From assembly GCF_009914755.1 (NCBI RefSeq), contig NC_060930.1: a stretch of DNA of 64,000 nucleotides, one strand, 5' to 3'. The notes beneath the pieces were generated by a model. The model was not told the origin of the DNA. It ran no database searches and saw only the letters and a list, made by a program, of their open reading frames with translations. Below, one piece after another: positions 43,901 through 59,929 of this stretch. The translations under genes and the position numbers were made by a program. This DNA comes from the human T2T-CHM13v2.0 reference genome, Homo sapiens. Position 1 is the stretch's first letter. Each line of letters begins with the position of its first letter.

Positions 43901-45934
43901 CAAAATGAAAACCAGAGAAGAGGTAAAAGCAAAAAAAAAAAAAAAAATTGTCAAGAGGCAAGAACAGAACTTGAAAGAGAATACCAGGAAACCATGGAAA
44001 GTGAAGATAGACTTAGAGAGTATGGTCAAAAGTTAGGACAGAGAAATCAGATGAGCTGATCTGAAATCCAGAAACTATTCATGGAGAACACACCCCAGGC
44101 GAGTGACTTTTGAAAGTCCTTTCCTTTATACTTACCTATATTAATTGCTGAATGTAAAAATATCATATTTTAATTATTTATTACCAAAATAATGTATTTC
44201 CTTGTGGAATAACTTAAAAAATGTAGAAGAGTAAAGAAATGATCCATATTCTTCGCATAAAAAGAAAAACAATATTGATGTTTGCTCTTTCCATCAGAAT
44301 TGTCCAAATAAATAATCATTCTATACACATTACTTTGAAATATGTTTTCTTTGCATAATATTTTAGCATAACCAATTATATTTTATTATAAGTTGGGTTG
44401 AGTTGGATCATTACATTTGAAGTAAAATTTAAGAAATAGTAATTAAACTTTTTAAAGGCTTCTAATTTTTTAATCCTGATTTTGATATTTTTTGAAATAG
44501 ATGCTTCAAGTGGATAATCTATTGTTCCAGAATTAATTGTAGTCACTGTGAAATAAAATATTTTATATACACTATGCCTGAAAAGTGTTTCTATCAACTT
44601 TTGTTATAGAAAAATACGAAAACATTGCTATTTTCTTCTGACCTATATTTTTGTCCATAATATGAAAAGAAATTGTTAAACACCTTTGCAATGGATGATT
44701 TCTCATGCCTGATTGACCATTAAGTCTACTTCAATTATTTTTAACCAGTTCAATTATAGTTAGATACTTAATTTATGAAAAATTCCAGTCATTAAGGGTT
44801 TATACAATTCATTAGCAAGTTAATATAGATATAAAATTACTTATTTTTTATATTTTATACATATCAAACAAATACCGGACATAGCTCATTGGTTTAAATT
44901 GTTTGAACATTCAACTCTCAGTATAAGTAATTTGACCTGGACAGAATTGGCATATTGTAGAACCCAAGATGACCTTAACACCTTCAGGAGATTCCAGGGC
45001 ATAAACTACACTGGAGTTCCAGGCACAAAGGAAAAAACAGACACAGACTTAATGGAGGGACAGACTCAGAAGCAGTAAAGGTCATCTAAAATATCTACAC
45101 AAAAGATGAGCAGAAAGTTGAAATCCTGAAGAAGTAAAGTCTCTGCAAATCAAATCAATATCAGCAAGGTAAAAATATACATTTTGGTGAATTAACAGAG
45201 GATGGAGCCAGGGGAGCTCTCTCAGGAGGAAATCCCAGGCTCCTGAGGCTCTAACTTAGTTACGGAGAAAACTGGCTTAAACACCGCATCCACCAACATG
45301 ATCACTCCTAACCAAAGGATTTTTGCTATTGTTGTTATTTTAGTTCTTGTGGAAAAAGTATTCACCTTTCTCCATTACAGTTATTGTATTTTCTTTATTT
45401 TGCTTTTTTAGGAGTGCCGTGATCAAAATAATCTTGAACTCAGGAGTCAGAAAAGCTGAGTTTACTCCAACATTGCCAGTTACTAGTTCTAAACAAATTA
45501 TTTCAACTATCTATGGTTTAATGTATTCATCTATAAAATGAAGCTAATACATAACCAATGTGCAGGACCATGCAAACGTTAACACAATCTAACATAGCAC
45601 AGCAGTTATTTATATTATGTTTAAAAAAACTAACAAAACTGCATGTATTTACTTAAATTTTCTATATTGTGAAAGGAAACAGAAATGTCTATTGTTGAGG
45701 ATATTTCAGATAGCAAATATATGTATGTCACAGAAAGTCTATTATTATGTTGTTTTCCAGAAACTGAATAAAGAAAATGTATGAGTTGACATAACATAGC
45801 TTTTGAGTTTAGGGTACAGGGTTATGGATTATTCTCTTCACATAAATGCTCTCCAAGCCTTCAAAGTGAATAGTTAGGCAACTTAGGTTAATCCCATGTA
45901 GGCAAATCATGAAAGTATCTGAAGCACTGTGTCT

Positions 45935-46358
45935 TGGTATTAGTTTTCTATTGCTGGATGGCAAGTTACCACAAACTTAAAGGCTTAAAACAACACAAAT
46001 TTAATACCTTAGCATTTCAGTGGGTCAAGATTCCAGGTTCAAGTTAGGTGACTCCTCTACTCAGAGTTTCTAACCAGACTGAATCAAGGGGGGTCAGCTG
46101 GGGCTGTAGTCTCATCTGGAGCTCAGGCATCTCCTCCAAGCTCACTGGTTATTGGCAGAATTTGGTATGACATATTGCAGGAGAATCCCTCTCTAGTCTT
46201 CTAAGAAGGAGTCTTATAGAACATAACACAATCATAGGAGTAACCACCTTATTATACTCACAGATCCCCACTAAGATATTCAAGGGAAGGTACATATACA
46301 GGCTCTGTATACCAGGGGGTGGGAATCTTGGGAGCCACTTAAGAATTCTGCCTACCAC
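45935..46358 (-). mobile_element. MLT1 LTR
   Basis: gtattagttttctattgctg..gttaccacaaactt..ggcttaaaacaacacaaattta ... gggaatcttgggagccacttaagaattctgcctacca. Confidence 0.8.
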
Positions 46359-46958
46359 TCTGCTCACCTCCTATCACTGATGGGAACCTATACGATGAGT
46401 ATACCCCTAAGGTTGTTCGCCTTTCTCAAAGTTGTAACAAACCAGATAGGCCTAATAATCCAGGTACATCAACAGCCTTTATTCCACTGGGGGGAAAAAT
46501 ACATTCCAAACATCAGTAATGAAGACCAGTTATGAAGGATTATCCCTGCTGTAGGGAAGTGATTCTGTTTCTGTATTCATTTGACCAAGTTTTTGTGTAA
46601 ATTAAAAAAGGACAGCCAGGAAACTTCAGCTGGGAGATGAGTTCTGTCTCCATGTTGGCCTGCACTTCCTGCCCCAGCTGGGAGCGGTCCTGACACCTGT
46701 ATGTGAAGGCCATGCCTGCTACCGAGAAGCCTGCAGTGAGAGTCCGAGCAGCAGCTCAGCTTCTTTAGAGTTACATGATCCAGGCCAGGAAGCCCCATCT
46801 TTCCTCTAAAGCACAGATTTCTCATCTATGAGAAAGAAATAGTTATAACTTTCCTACCACATGGATTATTTGAGGGTGGAATAAAATCATGCATGAGAAA
46901 GGGCTCTGCTAACTATAAGGTACTATAAACCTATAATACAGTATATCAGTCAGAGTGG

Positions 46959-47034
46959 CAGGCTGAGCCATATGAAGTGGCCCTTCTGTGGATCAAAATA
47001 GTTGAGTATCAGCAATTTCATATGGTTCCAAGTA
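46959..47034 (+). mobile_element. MADE2 mariner MITE (about 80-bp hairpin)
   Basis: aggctgagccatatgaagtggc...gcaatttcatatggttccaagta matches MADE2 TIRs. Confidence 0.75.
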
Positions 47035-48512
47035 ACAGCAGCATTTTTTTTAACATCACTCATTCCCAGGGAATATTGTTAAGCACCCCTTTTCAAAACT
47101 TGTCCCCTAGGCCTCTTGTATCACCAGAAGGCATCTATAAAGATTTAGGATCTTAATATTTATAGCTCAGAAGAAAATCTTTCCCAGGCAAGGAGGGGGA
47201 AATCTTGTGCCCTCTGGAGTTTTTTTAATGACCATACAATCTTAAGTATTATAAAAAAGATATTCCCAAAAGAAAGAGAGAATATCTTAATGAATAATTA
47301 AAATAATTCTGTAAACCTTGTTTTTATACTCTTCTAAACATTGAATTCTTATGCCCATAAACTACATTAGCTTGTTAGTATCCTAAGGCTTTCTTTTGCT
47401 TAGGGTGTGGCTTGTGGAAACCAAACATCTGTTTCGATGTATCACTGGTTGAACTTAAAACCTATGTCTATTGCTGGTAGGTAAAGGCAGGACAGCCACT
47501 GGAAATACAGGCCCTGAGCAAAACTGAGAGACTCTAACTTTACAGATAACTTACTGGTAAAAAGGAAGATAATTTTGTAATTGTTCACTCTCGTATTCGG
47601 AAATGAGCACAGAGTGCCATCATATCCATGCCATGCTTTTGACTTCCCACATTTTTTAGGGTAAAATATTAATTATGCAACTTTGAGCATATTTTTGACC
47701 CATTTTCCTATTATTGTACATGGTACCATGGGGATTTGATCACTTTGTCATTTTATATTCTTTTGTAGATGTTTGTGCTTGCTAAAAATCTATCTATCCC
47801 AGGCCAGGCACCATGACAGGAAGACTGATAAAAACTCTAAAATTCTCAGCAATAGAAGAATTTTGAAAATTAAAAAAATATATATACACAGACTAAAATT
47901 TTCTAGTAAAATCTAAAAGGAATTTATTGTGAATGTTTACAAATATATTCTCCTAATATTTTCAAAAGACTCCTTCACACATTTACAAAATGAAGGGAAA
48001 TAAGTAGAATCTTTGGAGTATTCCCTGGTAAAGGAAAAGGTTTGAAGTCACATCTTTCTAAATACCATTTGTGAAATGTTAAACAAGAGTCGTTTGTTCA
48101 ACAGAATCTTCTTTAAAAAAGAGCATGAAAAGGGTGGAAAGATTAGTATACAATATTCCCTGGGTATGGGTGTGGGTAGCCTTCATAATAGCATGTAGAC
48201 CAGAAAATACTCCTCCTGGATCCAAACCACATGGGCAGCATACATCACCCCTGGCTGGCCGGCAACAGGATGTATATAGGACTATTGGTAGACATGGAAA
48301 GGTTAGAAGAGGCTACAGGGCAGATAAAACATCTGGAGAATGCTGGAGTGGGACTCACCCTGGTCATGTCTCCTGCCCAGAGTGTTCACCGGATAGTAGA
48401 ACTGGTGTGCACAGGACAGTAGGGTACCAGGGACATCAAATGCACACCTGCTTACATTGTATTGGGAATAACTTAGTCACATGGTCACGTTTTTCTTCAT
48501 TGCAGAGATTTA

Positions 48513-51516
<3,004 letters not shown>

Positions 51517-52381
51517 TATTGTAGTTTGTTAATTTCAAATATTCATTTACTTTATATCAGATTTTAGGCAGAGAAAGGATACATGTCCCAGGATTGCAGG
51601 TGAGGCTCTTAACTGAACTGGAATTTAGATGGTGCAATCTACCCACTGCTTTACCAGGAAGACTTTGTTCCTGGCAGGTCTTGTTGCTGGGACACAGTGC
51701 TGCATTGGGAGGCAAAAGAGGGAGGGCTCCCTAGATCAGTCTGAAAGTTAACAAACAGAATAGACAGCTTGGAAGAGAGCAGGGCTCCTATAGGTGGCTA
51801 GCTGGACAGAGCCTATTAGTTCTTCCTCCAACTGGGATTCTGAGGCAGAATGACAAGGAGCTGCTGAAAACATCTTCATTCTTCAGACAGAGTCACACTC
51901 TTCTCAAACTCGTCAGATGGGAGCCCTCAGAAGTTGGCTAACTCAGATATCAGAATTGTCCTCAGAATGCTCACCTTGACCTCATCTTGTGACTCACCGA
52001 TATCCAGGGCTGGCTATGCAAAACTGTGCCTAGCGAGAAGCCAACGGAAAGTGAGGAGGACAAACAATACCTCCTTGAACAGCCAGGTAACCAAGAAGAG
52101 GAGAAGACATTGAGACAGCTGAGAAGCCAGAGTCTCTCTCATGAGAACAATGCCCCAAATTGGACACAGGATGTGTCTAATGAGAGCTCCACTGCCACCA
52201 GCACTGAGCACTAGAAGCTGCGGTGACACCACTTTCTACCCAGGCACTGGACGCTGAATGCCACAACTAGCATACCACTGTTGTGAGGAAAAATAGAAAA
52301 ATATATATCTAGAATTTCCAAAATTTCTAGTTGGTGGTGATTTCTGCTACTCACATAGGCACAGTAACATGAGAATTGTGA

Positions 52382-52718
52382 CAGAATCATGCATCACTTA
52401 ATGACGGAGATACATTTCCAGAAATGTGTCATTAGGCAATTTTGTCATTATGTGACCATCAGAGATGATACTTATACATACCTAGATGGTAGGGCCTACT
52501 ATATGCCTAAGCTCTATGGTGGAGCCTATTGCTCCTAGGCTACAAACCTGTACAGCATGGTACTGTACTGAATACTGCAGGCAATGAGAACACAATTGTA
52601 ACCATTTGTATATCTAAGCCTATCTAAACATAGAAGAGATAATGTACAGTTTTAGAATATTATGGGATCACTGTCATACATATGGTCTTCAACCAGAATG
52701 TTATGTGGCACATGACTG
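52382..52718 (-). mobile_element. Tigger3a/MER7A MITE
   Basis: gcctattgctcctaggctacaaacctgtacagcatg..actgtactgaatactg; end gttatgtggcacatgactg+TA. Confidence 0.85.
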
Positions 52719-53615
52719 TATTGGACAACCAAAACTGTCTAATGTCCTCTGGAGAAAGCATTAGTAGGCTTCACTATAAAGTATACAATATCTTTAGCAT
52801 CCAAGCTCATAAACTAGAAATTCCTATTTTTAAAGTAGCTTGAAAATTGTAAAGTAGGATTCCAGAGCAACCCCATTGTCGCTCTACCATTTTGGGGGGT
52901 ATTAACTGCACTCAAATGAGGTTCCTCTCTGAGACATACCATGGCATGCTTTCCTTAGTTGAGAACAACTTTTATTTTATAACTCAATTTGGTGTTATGT
53001 TTCTGATAATTTATTTTTTCCTTTGACTGAGTCATACTGTTTTAGATGCATGAATATTTTCTCACTTGTACTTCGATGTCCCGAGTTCGGCTTTTCTTAA
53101 AAGACAAGAAGACATTATAGGAAGGCTTTCTGAGAACAATGTTTGCACTTAATTTTGCCTGATTGTTTTACTTTATTTTTCTTTTTATTTGCTAGACAGG
53201 AAGGCTCAGACTAAAGGTTGGAATTCAGATGCAGTATCTCTGTCCCCCACTCTCCTATATGCTACTTTGTGAGGTGGCAGAGGTGGAGTGGTGGGGGGAG
53301 ATAGAGGACGCGGGAGAGAAACGGCAAGGCTAGAAGAGGGAGAAGGGCCTTACTCGTTCCTATTTCCTTCTCACTGACTCCCTGGTGCTCTGTTCTACTG
53401 CTCGTTGTCTCTGTGACACTCACCCTGGGAAGATTCTTCACCCCAGCGTCAGCAGTTTTTTTCCTGCAGAAGCAGTTGAGTCTGGTTTGCAAATTTGCCA
53501 GTACTTGCAAAACCAGCCCCTTCCTCAGAGGTTTGGGTTCCAGCCTACAAATTTGAGTAATTCCTACCTCTTCCCATTTCCCCTTCATCTGTAAGTATGA
53601 AAGCTGCTTTCAGAA

Positions 53616-53820
53616 GTTGTACCTCTGCAATATTCCTTTGTTGCAGTGTTCCCTTTTGCAATGATAGTATATGAAGTTATTCTCTTGCAATATTTAACAA
53701 ATAGTGATATATACATATACACACATATATATGTATACACATTTTTATTGCTTAAAAATTTATAGGCAGTTTACTCATGTTGTTTTTTCTTCTATTTTTT
53801 TTCTTAATTGTGTTCTTATC
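53616..53820 (+). repeat. Diverged direct duplication, copy 1 (partner 54872-55044)
   Basis: Shared block ttattctcttgcaatatttaacaaa and colinear flanks. Confidence 0.88.
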
Positions 53821-54106
53821 TTTTTAGTTACCTAAGTAACAACTTTCTACATTGCTATCATTTCTTCCCATTAAACATTCTCTGTTTAACAAACTGCTGT
53901 GGCTTCTGCTTTCTGATTGGGCGCTGCCAGTACAGACTTCAAATCTGCATTCCATTTCCTCCCTCTGATTTATATTTTTCTCAGTCCTGTTGTTGACTTA
54001 TGGGTTTTGTGTATGTGTGTGTCTGCATCTTTTGCAAGTGAATGCAAGTATTTTCTGAATTACAGTGGCCTCAAAGATTAAGTATATGCTAATGTTTAAT
54101 AAAAAT

Positions 54107-54431
<325 letters not shown>

Positions 54432-54871
54432 TCAAGTATAGAAAGAATAAATCAATGAAAGGTTTTGTTTGATATGATAATGGTTACTTAATATTCAGCC
54501 AGTTTTTTCCCAATGTACTGGACTTTAGCACTGGCACTTAATATAGATTTTCTAACTTACTTCTCTCCAAAAAATCAGTGAAGTAGGTATTATGACTGTT
54601 GTATCTGTTTTACAGTAAGTAAAGGGTTCTTAGTAAGATTAAATAACATACTCAAGGTTGCAAGGACAGTAAGAGCAGAACTGGGATTTGAACATAGGGT
54701 AACAATTTTGCCTAAACAATTTTGCTCTAAACAATTTTGCCTCACCTGGATTCAGATATTTATTGGGGGTAATGAGTGTCCCCTTGAGTCCAGTGTGATA
54801 CCCATAATTAAAATAAGCAAAGCTCAAGAGATAGTGAAACGCAGAGGGTCACAATTAGATAATTTGCTACG

Positions 54872-55044
54872 GTTGTACTTCTTTGCCACACTGTTTCCTT
54901 TTACAATGATATTAGATGAAATTATTCTCTTGCAATATTTAACAAAGTGATATGTATATATACATTTTGTTTCTTAAAAATCTACAGGCAGATTACTTAT
55001 ACTGTTTTTTCTTCTCATGTTTTTTTCCTGTGTGTTCTTGTATC
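54872..55044 (+). repeat. Diverged direct duplication, copy 2
   Basis: Colinear with 53616-53820. Confidence 0.88.
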
Positions 55045-57206
55045 TCAGAGACTAACCATACAAAATGTCCTTGAGCCCGCATAGACTCAGCTCACTCATC
55101 AGAATCCAACACAGTGTGATTCAGCCAGATTCCTCTGTACAATAGACATCCTGAACAGTCCCTGGGCTCCAACCCATCATCAAAGTCCCCTCTGTCAAAA
55201 ACTTCACCTGTTGACTTTCAAAGACTAGGACAGGATCAACTGTGTTCTACAGACTTGGAAATATGATCGCAACGCATTGCCTTCCCTGCAAAATTTTTAC
55301 AGTTGCTGCAGAGACAACAAAGGTGTGCCACAAATGTTGATGTAGGTGCAGGAAATGAAAAGCACACAACTAAAAGAAAAATGCAAAAGGCTTTCTTGAA
55401 AAGAAAATCTGTATGTGCTTTATAAGTTTCATCTGAAAGCCAATGTTAACCTGCTGCTTTATTTAACCCTCTGCTGAGCACTGCATATGGGACATTGCAA
55501 ACCGATGTCATTTGAGATGTGTTAGGACCATCACCTAGTGATTACCTTCCTTAGAAGATAATATTTTATGTTAAATAAACAATGGTCTCCAGAGAATACT
55601 TGTTTTTAGAAAGAATTGGGAGAGAGCAGTGCAGTAATCAAAAGGTGAAAGAGTCCAGAAAATGAATACAGTGTGTCAAAGTATTAATTAAAGTATTTTC
55701 TCTCTTTCTGGATGAGATGAGTGGGGAAGAGAAAGGTTGTCATTGGCCTTTAGTTTTTTGTTGCTGAGTAAGTGAAAAGAAATGGAAAATGAGATTCTTC
55801 CAATTTCAAACTGTTACAATATGGTGACTTACATGCCCTACAGAGAATTCCTGAAGGCACGAACCCAGTCACAAATTGGCGCACATCAGCATTTTGCATA
55901 AAAGGAAAGCATCCATATCTGACTCAAGCAACAATGAAATCAATACAGAAACATTTCCAGAGAAGTCCTGCAGGTTTGTTATGCATTTATAGCTAGTATA
56001 TTGTGCAAAAAATCTTCTGACTGTTTAATAAATCAACTTTAGATCCACAATTCCTAAACTTCCATGATTTTCTTTATCATCAGCTAGAGAGCACCCTGAA
56101 GATAGGAAGTCACATTTGTTTCCCCTACTGTTTCTATCCTTATTAGATGGCTTATCTCTCTGCTGGTTTTTTGATAGGTTTGGATACAGGAGTTAAATTC
56201 ATATCTTATAGTCTCTCTACCACAGCCTCCTCCAAAGCTTGCAGAATATCGTGAAAAGAGTATCTGGCAACTCCAGGGCCAAAACGCTGCCCTCAGCTCT
56301 CTGCCTCGGCCCAGACCTGTCTGTCAATAGAATTATGCCCATCCCTGGAATTGTATTTGATTTTATTTACCATTGAATATCTGAGCTACCTGCTTGAGTT
56401 AAGTAATTATTTTAGGTAATCCAAAAAACATACCTAAAATGATTTTGCAAGTATATTTAAAATAATGTTTATGTACCTTCAATAAATTTTGAATATTATT
56501 TCAACTTTTGGTGGTGCAGAAATCTACTGCTTCAAATATAGTTTTTAAATGATAGACGTGATGCTTTTAAGAAAAGTGAAACTTTTATATAAATATTACT
56601 GGCCCATCATAATGAAGATGTTAGCATTAGAAAAGAAGAAGGAATTAATAGTTTCCTCTTAATAACTATCTAGTCATAGTCTATAAGCAGAACAAAGAAA
56701 CCAATCAATCATCATTTTTCCATTGGTTCAGAACCCCGACTTTATGTTAGGCCTCCTTGCTCTATGGCATCAAACCTCTATGGTAATGCCAATCATTTTA
56801 TGTTTGTATAAAACATCTGTGTCATTCTGCTCTGTGCCCCGGTTTCCTCATCTGTACATTGGGAATAATATTGGTTGTATTCAGGTTATATATGAATTAA
56901 TATTCAAAAATAAGTTTAGATCAATATCTGGCATATAGAAGTTACTCAGCATATTTAACTGTTACTATTACTAGTGCCTCATTAGGTTGTAAAATCCTTG
57001 AAGATATAAACTCTCTTTTGGTTATATTTGGATTTCCTAAATTATCAAAACCTTAACAGCCCCTTAACTAGTATTTATTAAATTAATTGATACTCTGAAG
57101 CTTTAGAAATGCATTCAAAATCATACAATGGGCAAATAGGCCAGTTTTATATTTAGTTTAGATAATCATTAAATCTATATAAATACATAATCTTAAAAAA
57201 ATAATG

Positions 57207-57520
57207 GGCTGGGCACCGTGGCTCACGCCTGTAATCTCAGCACTTTGGGAGGCCAAGACGGGTGGATCACGAGGTCAGGAGATCGAGACCAGCCTGGCTA
57301 ACATGGTGAAACCCCATCTCTACTAAAAATATAAAAAAATTAGCTGGGCGTGGTGGTGGTCACTTGTAGTACCAGCTACTCAGGAGGCTGAAGCAGGAGA
57401 ATGGCGTGAAACTGGGAGGCAGAGCTTGCAGTGAGCCGAGATTGGGCCACTGTACTCCAGCCTGGGTGACAGAGCGAGACTCTGTCTCAAAAAATAATGA
57501 TAATAATAATAATAATAATG
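57207..57520 (+). mobile_element. Full-length Alu (AluY/Sc-like) with a (taa)n tail
   Basis: gagatcgagacc, aatggcgtgaa, gagcttgcag; TSD approximately aaaaaataatg. Confidence 0.93.
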
Positions 57521-57579
57521 GATGTGATGTAACCAAATGGGGCCATAAGAAATCTCTGCCAGTCACTGCAAGCTGCCAT

Positions 57580-57856
57580 CCAATTTTCAAGGCTCAGTTT
57601 CATTGTCATCTCTTCCATTAAAATTTCCTTGATCAGCCCTCACCCATTTTTCCACAAGAAAACTATAGGACTTGGTATGTTCATTTTCCATAGAATGTAT
57701 GCCATTCTTCTAGACCTTCTAGATATTTGTGTGTCAGCATATTTGTTCTTAAAAGCAAGAACCATGAAGAACTTATATTGATTTTCACCAAGTCTCATGG
57801 TCTAATGCATTTGCTCATGGTAGGATCACAATAAATGTTTGCTGAATAAATGAATG
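57580..57856 (+). mobile_element. L2 3' end
   Basis: ttcaaggctcagtttcattgtcatctcttcc ... caataaatgtttgctgaataaatgaatga tail. Confidence 0.7.
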
Positions 57857-57864
57857 ACTCAGCA
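57854..57864 (+). promoter_or_regulatory. Perfect ARE/MARE motif ATGACTCAGCA followed by AAA
   Basis: Motif match with an AT-rich 3' flank; function untested. Confidence 0.35.
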
Positions 57865-59567
57865 AAAGCATGCTCAGCACCAGGGTGGGCACTTTGACAA
57901 TATGAAGGAAGAGAAGATATTCTCTCCCTCTGCTACCGCCTCTATTGCAACGTTGTATAGTTTAAGCATGTCTGTGTACATGGAACCAGGGTGAGAACCA
58001 GTGGTTGAGAGACCGTGTTTTCCAGGAATTGTAGAAGGCACCCATCATCAAGTCCTGATGAGGCAAAGCCTCAGAGTGCAGGGGCTTAGTCCTGAATCCT
58101 AGGAGAGATTTGAGTGAAAACAGAAACAGTCTTTGAGGAGTGCTCAATTATTAAAGTCTGAATAAATATGGCCTCCTGAAGATCTGAAGGGTTTGTGTGG
58201 CTACAGGGAGAGTTAAGGGCAGAGTTGGGGGTTACGGGCAGGGGAATTGAGTAGAGATGCATGGTTCTGCTGTTACTGATCCTCTAACTGAAGGGCAACC
58301 CTGCTCAAGGCAGTGGAAGGAGCATTTGTGTTTGGCAACCTCACTTTCCCATATCCTGGTGCCTTACGGAAGGAAGAAGAAAACTTCAAGCTGGTCAGTG
58401 CCCCCTTTGGGCCAGCTTTCTACCTCATGAAAGCAGCACTCTGGTACTTTTAGTGAAGATAGAATTCATTCTCTTTCCAACTAGTCTTGGTAGGCTTTTG
58501 GTTTCAGGGAGTGTTTCCTAGAGCCTCACGATGGAGAGAAAGGATCAAATCGTGATTTGAACACTTTGAAAGGCTCTAGGCAGCTATGATTCCTCCAGCA
58601 AGAAGCACTGTGGTTTGAGTGTTCTCATCTATGACTGAGGACAATGGTGCCCACCTCACAGGGCAGTGAAGATCTGAGAAAAATGCATATGACCTGTCAC
58701 AACAGGCATTCAATGCTAGGCAGCCGCTATTGTTATTATTATTACTATTATTTTTATGTCTTGCTTATATTTCTACGGTTCCTATATACAATTCAGAAGG
58801 ATAAACAATAGGCCTGGAATCTTTGTTTTTCAATTTAAAAGTATTTATTGACTGATGACTATGTGCCAGGCATCTGTTAGGCACTGAGGATATTTCAGTG
58901 AACAAGATGGTTTGATCGTTCCTGTCATGGGCATTTTATCAATTGATGGTGGATAATTAAGCTAGCAAGCAATTGGTATTGGATAATGAAGTGTGACAAT
59001 TCAGAAAAGCAAAAGTTCAGCATGAACAAAAGCATGAGGCAGGGAAGATTGGAGTGGAGGCAGCAATAACTGGCTGAAAATTAGACAGCCAGTAGAGTGG
59101 AATTTCTAGGAGCACCTTCCAGAGCTGGGTGAGTGACGAGGAAGTTTACATCTCTGTGCCCCATCTGTAAAATGGCATGAGAATAATACCTACCACATAG
59201 GATTGCTATGGCGATTAAATGGTACTAGAGCCCTCCTTTGAGGGCTCTTATAAGGATTGAATGAATAAATGTAAAGCACTTAGAACAGTGCTTAGAACAT
59301 GGGAAACACTAGTTAGGAATTTGCTCTGATGATGATGGTCATGTGCCGGAGGAGTAGATTGTGGAAATTTGGACGCCCACATGTGGCTGCACAGTGAAGG
59401 CCCTTGCATACAGCATTAAAGTTAGTAAGAGTTTTGTAGGGAAATTGAGTGTTTCAAGACAAATTCACCTTTACCAGGGCAAGTTGTGGAAGTGGAGAAG
59501 TGGAAGGAGGGCATTCTGGGCAGACTGGTAGATCCTGGAAACTACTCGAAGTTCAGCACAGTTAGTC

Positions 59568-59886
59568 AATGCAATCTAATAGAAATCTTGATGCAAGCCA
59601 CATACATAATTTGAAATTTTCTAGTAGCCCCATTAAAAAAAGGCAAAAAAAAAAAAAGAAAACAAAAAAGGTAATTTAAATAATATATTTTGCTTAACCC
59701 AATATATCCAAAATATCATTGCAACATGTGATCAAAATAAAAAAAGAGATATTTTACATTCTTTTTTCATGCTAAGTCTTTGGAATCTGGCACATGTTTT
59801 ACACTTAAAGCACACTCTGTTGGACTAGCCACATTTCAAGTGCTCGAAGTACTTGTGGCTAATGGCTACCATATTTTACAGTGCAA
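59568..59886 (+). mobile_element. MER33 (hAT-Charlie)
   Basis: aatagaaat..gcaagccacat..aattttctagtagcc...ggactagccacatttcaagtgctc...gtggctaatggctacc. Confidence 0.88.
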
Positions 59887-59929
59887 GGCTAGCCACAGTC
59901 ATTTATAGCCGTTATTCCATCCTGGGGAG

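Noticed and set aside
44875-44930. tRNA-like A box (atagctcattggttt)
   Set aside because: No cloverleaf or B box; at most a degenerate SINE head
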